Source: Euryarchaeota archaeon UBA52
Lineage (GTDB): Archaea > Thermoplasmatota > Poseidoniia > Poseidoniales > Thalassarchaeaceae
Assembly (NCBI GenBank): GCA_002505455.1
Contig: DAVB01000002.1
Coordinates: 1 to 62,588 of the forward strand
Length of the DNA: 62,588 bases
Direction of reading: 5' to 3'
Of the stretch, positions 56,295 to 62,588 are shown in pieces; within the stretch, counting starts at the first letter, position 1, and the number at the start of each line of letters is the position of its first letter. Below the pieces are notes generated by a model that was not told where the DNA came from, did not search any database, and saw only the letters and a list, made by a program, of their open reading frames with translations. The translations under genes and the position numbers were made by a program.

Positions 56295-57242
56295 ATGGAA
56301 ATGAAAGATATCCTAGATTTTGTCAAAATAGAACACACTCTTTTCTCCCTGCCATTTGTTCTGATGGGATTCGTACTTGCAGATCGCCAATTTGGTACGG
56401 AAAGAACAGATTTGCTATGGATAATAGTAGCAGCGATAGGGGCCAGAGGTCTTGCAATGGCTCTCAACAGGGTAGTGGACAGGGAAATAGACGCGAATAA
56501 CCCCCGTACTGCTTCAAGACACCTGCCTTCTGGTAAAATGACTGCCTTGGAAGCATGGGCACTCTCAGGGTTATTCTTGGTTATGCTGCTCGTTTCTGCA
56601 TGGATGCTTAATGAGGTCGCCTTGAAGATGGCGTGGTTGCCAGTCCTAGCGTTCGTGGTATATCCCTACACCAAGAGGTTCTCATGGTTATGCCATTTCT
56701 GGATTGGGCTCTGTCTTGCCCTTGCTCCGGCAGGCGCATGGGTTGCGATATCAGCAGATACCCACGGGTGGGAGGCGATAACAGGGGTTATTCAACACAC
56801 AGGTGGAGAGCGCGTACTTCTCTGGTATCCTGAAATATTCTACATATCATTCGGAGTGGCATTATGGATTACAGCGTTCGATATCAACTATGCACTCATG
56901 GATGTAGAAGTTGACCGTAAGCAGGGGATAAAATCGTTCCCTGCTCGTTTTGGAGCTAAAGCAACAAGCAATCTGAGTGTACTACTCACATTGGGGTGGT
57001 GTGTCTGTTTCTGCCTCACGGGGCTGCAAGGATTTGGTGATTCTCGGGAATACCGCTACTTTCTTTGGATTCCTGCGGTCATCGTAATGGGGGCTTTGAA
57101 TATCTACGTGATGGCTAAAGAGTCGAAAAATTCTGGTCAAACAGAAGTTGCAATGGAGAGGTTCCAACAAATTTTGTTCAGGTGTTCAATGCTTACAGGT
57201 TGGGCACTACTTGGGAGTCTGTTGATCATGCAGGGCCAATGA
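56295..57242 (+). CDS. ubiA: UbiA-family aromatic prenyltransferase (MqnP / 4-hydroxybenzoate polyprenyltransferase-like)
   Basis: VKIEHTLFSLPF, NRVVDREIDANNPRT..R.LPSG, YPYTKRF, FDINYA.MD...D...GI.SFPA.FG. Confidence 0.88.
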   Translation: MEMKDILDFVKIEHTLFSLPFVLMGFVLADRQFGTERTDLLWIIVAAIGARGLAMALNRVVDREIDANNPRTASRHLPSGKMTALEAWALSGLFLVMLLVSAWMLNEVALKMAWLPVLAFVVYPYTKRFSWLCHFWIGLCLALAPAGAWVAISADTHGWEAITGVIQHTGGERVLLWYPEIFYISFGVALWITAFDINYALMDVEVDRKQGIKSFPARFGAKATSNLSVLLTLGWCVCFCLTGLQGFGDSREYRYFLWIPAVIVMGALNIYVMAKESKNSGQTEVAMERFQQILFRCSMLTGWALLGSLLIMQGQ

Positions 57243-57252
57243 ATGAGGTGAC

Positions 57253-59535
57253 ATGTTGTTCAATATACACGCAGATTACAGCACTGCTGGAGACCAGCAA
57301 CAGGCTATTGATAAATTGGTTAATCAGCTCGAAGGAGGGCAGGAACGTTGTGTTCTGCTAGGAGTCACTGGCTCAGGGAAGACCTTCGCCATGGCGAACA
57401 TAATTCAAAGACTGCAGATACCAACTCTGATACTATCACACAACAAAACTCTCGCGCGTCAACTCTGGCAAGAAATGAGCGAGCTTTTCCAGAGCAATGC
57501 TGTGGAGTACTTCGTTAGCTACTATGATTACTACCAACCCGAAGCATATCTGCCCAATCGTGACCTGTACATAGACAAAGAATTGCAAATGAATGAGAGG
57601 ATTGAGCAAGAGCGATTCTCAACCGTGGCATCACTGGTCTCACGGCCCGACGTCATAGCTATCGGAACCGTATCTGCCATCTATGGTTTGAATCCCCCAG
57701 AAGTTTTCCAACAGAGTCACCTACAACTTCACGTGGGGCAGAAAATCGAACCGCAGGAAGCTGTCAGGGAACTCATAGCACTTCAATATCGGAGAACAAC
57801 GAGCGATCTTGTTCGTGGAGATATAAGACTTAGGGGCGAAGTGCTTGATATCTGGATGCCGAGCAGAGATGACCCGATCCGTGTAAGATTCGGATGGGAA
57901 GGTATCGAAAGAATTCAGGTGTGTGAGGCAGTTAGTTGGGAGCCTCTTGACGAAATAGAAGAAGCCTGGATTCATCCGAGAGAGTTCTACATGACAGATG
58001 AAGAAAGATTCTCAACTGCACTTGAAAACATAGAGTTGGAGCTTGATGAAAGATCTGCTTGGTTTGAATCTAAAGGAAAGGATTTGGAAGCACATAGAAT
58101 CGAACAACGAACCAAATTCGATCTAGAGATGCTGCAAGAGCTAGGTTCATGCAAAGGAGTGGAGAACTATTCCCGGCACTTCGATGGCAGGGAAATAGGA
58201 GAACGCCCATACTGTCTACTTGATTTCTTTGCTACCAATGCTGAAAGTTTCCATGGTGCTCCCGATCGATATCTGGTAATCATGGATGAAAGTCACGTTA
58301 CTCTGCCACAGGTAGGAGGCATGTACGCAGGAGATTTTGCTCGTAAGAAAAACCTGGTGGATCATGGGTTCCGTCTGCCGTGTGCATATGACAACAGACC
58401 GCTTAGAATTGATGAGTTTCAGAAATTGATTCCAAAGATGCTCTATGTCAGCGCGACCCCGGGGGAGCGTGAATTCAGACATCTCGCAGAAGTAACTGGA
58501 CAAGAAGTCCCGAGAGGGTTGCTCCATGCACCCTCTGGAGGAGGGGCAGGCAAAGCCGACATTGCAAAAAGAGAGGGCGATGGTTCTATGGAGAATATTG
58601 TCAATTCGATAGAGGGCGTTGTCAGCATGGAGATTCGACCTACAGGACTTCTTGATCCGAAAATTGAGGTGCGGTCGACAAGTGGCCAAGTCCAAGACCT
58701 TCTAAGCGAGATAAATAACAGAGTCGAAAAGAACGAGAGAGTGTTGGTCACGGTCCTTACCATCAAATTCGCAGAGGAGGTGTCTGAATATTTGCAAGGA
58801 ATGGGGATAAAGGCGCATTATCTCCATTCAGAAATAGACACCATTGAGCGTTCTGAAATCATCAAGGCGCTGAGAATTGGCCATATTGACGTCATTGTGG
58901 GAATAAATCTCCTAAGAGAGGGTTTGGATATTCCTGAAGTTTCTCTCGTTGCGATTTTTGATGCGGCTACTCAGGGTTTTCTCAGAAATGAACGCAGTCT
59001 CCTACAAACCATCGGTCGCGCGGCTCGTAATGAGAAAGGATCGGTCATACTCTACGCAGATAGCATATCGCCTGCGATGGAGGGCGCAATTAGGCAAACC
59101 TCTGAACGCAGAAAACGACAGGAGGCATACAATCAAGATCACGGTGTGGTTCCAAGGACTATCAAAAAAGCACTACCGACGATGGGGGATGAGGCAGAGG
59201 ACTTGCTTGCAGGAGTCGCAGGGCGCGGAACCAAAGGTGGCAAGCGTTTGATAGCAAAGAAAAGACGTACTAGAGACGTATCCACTTTCGCAAAGAAGTT
59301 TGATCTGGGCGCAGGGGCCTGGGCCTCTTCGGATTCAGTTCTTGAATCGATTTCTCAACCGGAGTGGGTTGACGTGGCCGAAAAGGCGTTGGTTGGAAAG
59401 ATTGAGGATTCGGAGATGGGGAGGCTTCTTGAAAAATTGGAAAAAGAGATGAAGGCGGCGGCGGCTAGGCTTGACTTTGAAAGAGCGGCCGTTATTAGAG
59501 ACAGAATTTCTGAACTTCAGTATACGACCAATTGA
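57253..59535 (+). CDS. uvrB: Excinuclease ABC subunit B
   Basis: GVTGSGKT, FVSYYDYYQPEAY, GVENYSRH, DESHVT, SATPG, RPTGLLDP, NLLREGLD, QTIGRAARN, C-terminal UVR coil. Confidence 0.97.
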   Translation: MLFNIHADYSTAGDQQQAIDKLVNQLEGGQERCVLLGVTGSGKTFAMANIIQRLQIPTLILSHNKTLARQLWQEMSELFQSNAVEYFVSYYDYYQPEAYLPNRDLYIDKELQMNERIEQERFSTVASLVSRPDVIAIGTVSAIYGLNPPEVFQQSHLQLHVGQKIEPQEAVRELIALQYRRTTSDLVRGDIRLRGEVLDIWMPSRDDPIRVRFGWEGIERIQVCEAVSWEPLDEIEEAWIHPREFYMTDEERFSTALENIELELDERSAWFESKGKDLEAHRIEQRTKFDLEMLQELGSCKGVENYSRHFDGREIGERPYCLLDFFATNAESFHGAPDRYLVIMDESHVTLPQVGGMYAGDFARKKNLVDHGFRLPCAYDNRPLRIDEFQKLIPKMLYVSATPGEREFRHLAEVTGQEVPRGLLHAPSGGGAGKADIAKREGDGSMENIVNSIEGVVSMEIRPTGLLDPKIEVRSTSGQVQDLLSEINNRVEKNERVLVTVLTIKFAEEVSEYLQGMGIKAHYLHSEIDTIERSEIIKALRIGHIDVIVGINLLREGLDIPEVSLVAIFDAATQGFLRNERSLLQTIGRAARNEKGSVILYADSISPAMEGAIRQTSERRKRQEAYNQDHGVVPRTIKKALPTMGDEAEDLLAGVAGRGTKGGKRLIAKKRRTRDVSTFAKKFDLGAGAWASSDSVLESISQPEWVDVAEKALVGKIEDSEMGRLLEKLEKEMKAAAARLDFERAAVIRDRISELQYTTN

Positions 59536-59559
59536 AATCTTGATGCGGGAGCCAAAAGC

Positions 59560-60540
59560 ATGGTCGGGTACGATCCGAGTGACTTCGAAGATCCTGTTTT
59601 GGATTATAATTTCAATAAAATTCAGAATACTTCCGACCTAATTGATCAGATGTCTGTGGCCGGAGGTTTCACCGCTACAAAATTAGCCAAGGCAAGGGAC
59701 ATGCTATACAAGATGTTCGAAGAAGCAGGAAATGAAGGCGTTGTCAATTGGGTTTCTTTCCCTGCTGCTCTGTGTGCGACAGGTACTCGTGGCTTCTTCC
59801 TCGAATTGGTAAAAAGACGTCTGGTTGATGTCATAGTTACAACCTGTGGCACACTGGACCATGATCTTGCAAGAACATACAGACAATATTTCCATGGAGA
59901 TTTCGAATTGGATGATATTGCACTTGGCCAACAGGGACTAAATCGTCTTGGTAATGTTATCATTCCCAATGAATGCTATGGAGAAATTCTCGAAGCAAGG
60001 GTTCTACCCTGGTTAGGCGAGATAGAGGAAGAGAGGCGTATATCGGGCGATTCTACATGGAATGGTTTCGGTACTGTTGAGCTGTGTTGGGCATTAGGGG
60101 ATCGAATAGAAGATGAAGGAAGCCTCCTTTACTGGGCTGCTAAACACAGGATTCCAATCGTAATTCCAGGTATAACGGATGGATCGATCGGGGCACAATT
60201 ATTCATGTATAGACAAAAGAGTCCTTCATTCATGATTGACGTTCTTGCAGATGAGGAAATATGCTCTGAACTCTCATGGACGTCTCGAAAGGCGAACGCG
60301 CTCATGGTGGGGGGCGGAATCAGCAAGCATCATGTGATTTGGTGGAATCAATACAGAGGCGGACTTGACTCGGCGATTGGTATTTCAACTGCTCCAGAAT
60401 ACGATGGATCATTATCCGGAGCAAGGCTCCGTGAAGCGATATCTTGGGGTAAAATAAGACCGGATGCCCCTCACATCCTGATTGAAGGAGAGGCTAGCGT
60501 GATTCTTCCAATACTTGGAGCAGCATTACTTCGCCAATGA
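59560..60540 (+). CDS. dys: Deoxyhypusine synthase
   Basis: GGFTA, TTCGTLDHD, PGITDGSIG, GGGISKH, DGSLSGA...EAISWGK (catalytic Lys present). Confidence 0.93.
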   Translation: MVGYDPSDFEDPVLDYNFNKIQNTSDLIDQMSVAGGFTATKLAKARDMLYKMFEEAGNEGVVNWVSFPAALCATGTRGFFLELVKRRLVDVIVTTCGTLDHDLARTYRQYFHGDFELDDIALGQQGLNRLGNVIIPNECYGEILEARVLPWLGEIEEERRISGDSTWNGFGTVELCWALGDRIEDEGSLLYWAAKHRIPIVIPGITDGSIGAQLFMYRQKSPSFMIDVLADEEICSELSWTSRKANALMVGGGISKHHVIWWNQYRGGLDSAIGISTAPEYDGSLSGARLREAISWGKIRPDAPHILIEGEASVILPILGAALLRQ

Positions 60541-60582
60541 GTCTAGCGAATGTTCAAAGAGTACTCTTCACTCGGCCGGCCT

Positions 60583-60762
60583 ATGTCTATTGCAGATATG
60601 GTACAGAACATGATTGATGAATTGAACGAGGCCATGGCGGACGCGGTCAAGTCCGACAATGGGAACAATGCGGCCATGACTCGTGTTCGCAAGGCAATGC
60701 AGTCCGCAAAGGGCGCTGCACAGGATGTTCGTATGAAGATCAGCAGCATCCGAAACGGATGA
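60583..60762 (+). CDS. Small helical protein similar to the N-terminal domain of histone H1-like protein Hc1, 59 aa
   Basis: DAVKSDNGNNAAMTRVRKAMQ matches the remembered family motif KxxxGNxAAxxRxRK; helical hairpin pattern. Confidence 0.65.
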   Translation: MSIADMVQNMIDELNEAMADAVKSDNGNNAAMTRVRKAMQSAKGAAQDVRMKISSIRNG

Positions 60763-60771
60763 TCTACGTCC

Positions 60772-61455
60772 TCATTCATGTAGATTGGCGAATACTCGCA
60801 TTATAGCGAGTCTTAGGGACCCAGAGGGCCTCCAGCCGTGAGGCTCGCCACAGTTTCTCATGTGTCTGTCGATAGCATCAAGATTTGGCCTAGGGATGTT
60901 GCCGTGTCCTAATGGTAATGGCGTTATGGGAGGCTCTTCGAGGGTACTCGGTCTGTGCGTTCCATCTACTGAAGCTGAATAACGATTCCAGAGATGTGCT
61001 GCCTCAGCATAAACTGCTTCGGGCCACCAGGGTCTCCTCCCAGCCATTACCAATGGTTGACCGGATAGAGGTAATTTGTTTTCTATGATCATTATCCGTA
61101 TTGCTTCAGCGACATCGGTCACAGGCAACCAGAATCTTGGTTTTTGAATTCTAGGATCCATGTCGGAACCGGATATCGCGTCGGCGATTATTGAGTGGAA
61201 AGTGCCATCCTCCCACATAGGGTCGCAGGTGTCCGTTACAACGTCCCTCACGAGTATAAGTTGCAAATTGGTAGAGATTTTTTCTTCGTTCCACGGAAGG
61301 ATGGAAAGACCGGATGCCTCGATACCAACTCCAATCTCGAGCTTCTGCAAATCATCATTCTGCTGTTGAAGCGGTATTGTCTCGAGCCGGGATGCTATAG
61401 CATCCCTAAGAGGTCCTTTTGGGCCCAAGACCTCAGCCACTCTCGGCATAGTCAT
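60772..61455 (-). CDS. Degenerate extended-SDR/epimerase-like protein, 227 aa
   Basis: C-half resembles the extended-SDR substrate domain (FWLPVTDVAEAI, GWRP..SLR.AI); no GxxGxxG or YxxxK. Confidence 0.55.
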   Translation of the reverse strand: MTMPRVAEVLGPKGPLRDAIASRLETIPLQQQNDDLQKLEIGVGIEASGLSILPWNEEKISTNLQLILVRDVVTDTCDPMWEDGTFHSIIADAISGSDMDPRIQKPRFWLPVTDVAEAIRIMIIENKLPLSGQPLVMAGRRPWWPEAVYAEAAHLWNRYSASVDGTHRPSTLEEPPITPLPLGHGNIPRPNLDAIDRHMRNCGEPHGWRPSGSLRLAIMRVFANLHE

Positions 61456-61458
61456 CTC

Positions 61459-62586
61459 TCAATTTGCAAGAATTGCTTCAGCCTGCATCTGATCATCCTC
61501 CATGAATGATTTCAAACAAGATTCTACGAGTGATACAATCATGTCAATTTCTTCCGATGTGATTAGGAAATGCGGTGTGAATCTTAACGCATTTATCCCT
61601 CCATGTATCACTCCTAGCCCATTTCTCCGACACCATTGCTCGACTCCGTCCACCCCCACCACTGCAAATCGCGCAGGGTCTAATTCTGCTGAAAGCAAAA
61701 GTCCAGTTCCCTGAACCTTTGTTATACATCCGGGCATTGCTGCAGATAGTTTCTCTAATTTGCTTACGAATTCTTTACCCCTTTCCCTGATATTTTGACG
61801 TAATTCAGGGGTTATATGCTCAAGAACGGAAATAGCCGTTTCCAGGGATCTCGGATTTGTAGTCATAGTATTCCCATAGACGCCTACAACATACGTTTTT
61901 GATGCTCTTTCACTCATGCCCAATACTGAAAGTGGGTATTGTCCCGCGTTGAGCGCCTTGGACCATGTCTCAAAGTCAGGCACCTCACAATCTTCGAAAC
62001 CGGGATAGTCTACGATGCTCAGACAGCCTTGGCCCCTCAAACCTGCCTGTATCGAGTCAATGAGGAGGAAAGAGCCATGGGCATCAGATAGATTCCTAGC
62101 CATATCATAGAAATCTCTCGTAATGGAGAGGCCTGGGTTTCCTTCGCCCATCACTGGTTCCATCGCAAGGAGTTCAATGAAAGCATTATTTTTCTCTGCT
62201 TCCTTGAAAATAGATTGTAGTTTACCAATATCATTTGGAGGGACCAGCTTGACTCCCTCTCGATTCCTAAATGATGCAAGTTTATCACGATACTTTGGGA
62301 GACAGGAGTCTGAAATCGAGGCAGGTCTATCGGTTCGTCCGTGGAAGCCATGATCTAATGCAACAGTCCAGATTTCCTTTCCTTCGTGTGGCCCGCCTTC
62401 ATCAGTCATCAATCTAGCATTAACATCTGCAATTCGCATCGCTACAGTAACAGATTCTGAACCACTGTTCATGCATATGAATCTATCAAATGGACAGTTT
62501 CCTCGACTGTGCCCCACCTCGGTCCTAATGGCCTCAGCGAATCTCATATGAGTCAGGGAGGGAGTCATGACGTTAGCCATCACATG
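61459..62586 (-). CDS. Class III PLP-dependent aminotransferase; 5' end probably beyond the window
   Basis: NSGSES, GFHGRT, MEPVMGEGNPG, IDSIQAG, SKAL (PLP lysine), GNTM, QGTGL, LRFTP; frame open to the window edge. Confidence 0.85.
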   Translation of the reverse strand, partial: HVMANVMTPSLTHMRFAEAIRTEVGHSRGNCPFDRFICMNSGSESVTVAMRIADVNARLMTDEGGPHEGKEIWTVALDHGFHGRTDRPASISDSCLPKYRDKLASFRNREGVKLVPPNDIGKLQSIFKEAEKNNAFIELLAMEPVMGEGNPGLSITRDFYDMARNLSDAHGSFLLIDSIQAGLRGQGCLSIVDYPGFEDCEVPDFETWSKALNAGQYPLSVLGMSERASKTYVVGVYGNTMTTNPRSLETAISVLEHITPELRQNIRERGKEFVSKLEKLSAAMPGCITKVQGTGLLLSAELDPARFAVVGVDGVEQWCRRNGLGVIHGGINALRFTPHFLITSEEIDMIVSLVESCLKSFMEDDQMQAEAILAN

Positions 62587-62588
62587 TG

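Overview
Gene-dense window (about 55 CDS, mostly <100-bp gaps) from a euryarchaeal genome, most likely Marine Group II (Ca. Poseidoniales, Thermoplasmatota). The taxonomy is an inference. It rests on archaeal markers (archaeal-type uS2, deoxyhypusine synthase, Taw1/Taw2, geranylgeranyl reductase, long FKBP, leaderless starts with TATA-like boxes about 25 nt upstream) occurring together with bacterial-type genes (uvrB, uvrC, orn, pyrimidine-nucleoside phosphorylase, alkB, msrA, ubiD/ubiA, ccmF) and very large acidic Ca-binding surface proteins. I found no rRNA, tRNA, CRISPR array, integrase or transposase. Many starts in the supplied ORF track are too far upstream and were corrected from SD sites, ATGA/GTGA overlaps and family N-termini. 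Best candidates for something undescribed: (1) a 17.4-20.1 kb module with a 682-aa soluble orphan, a translationally coupled 2-TM micro-protein and a divergent second 2-TM micro-protein, under the clearest TATA box I found; (2) a low-GC membrane protein of architecture 4TM / bacterial-PH-like / 2TM / protein-kinase-like at 43.1-44.6 kb, among winged-helix regulators; (3) a wHTH-STAND NTPase-helical protein head-to-head with a UvrC that lacks the Cys-rich Fe-S segment. Smaller signals: a perfect 11-bp hairpin burying the start codon of a giant adhesin, a possibly structured intergenic RNA, a frameshifted micro-gene missing from the ORF track, and an Hc1-like micro-protein. All family assignments come from motif recognition and remembered consensus sequences; no searches were run.
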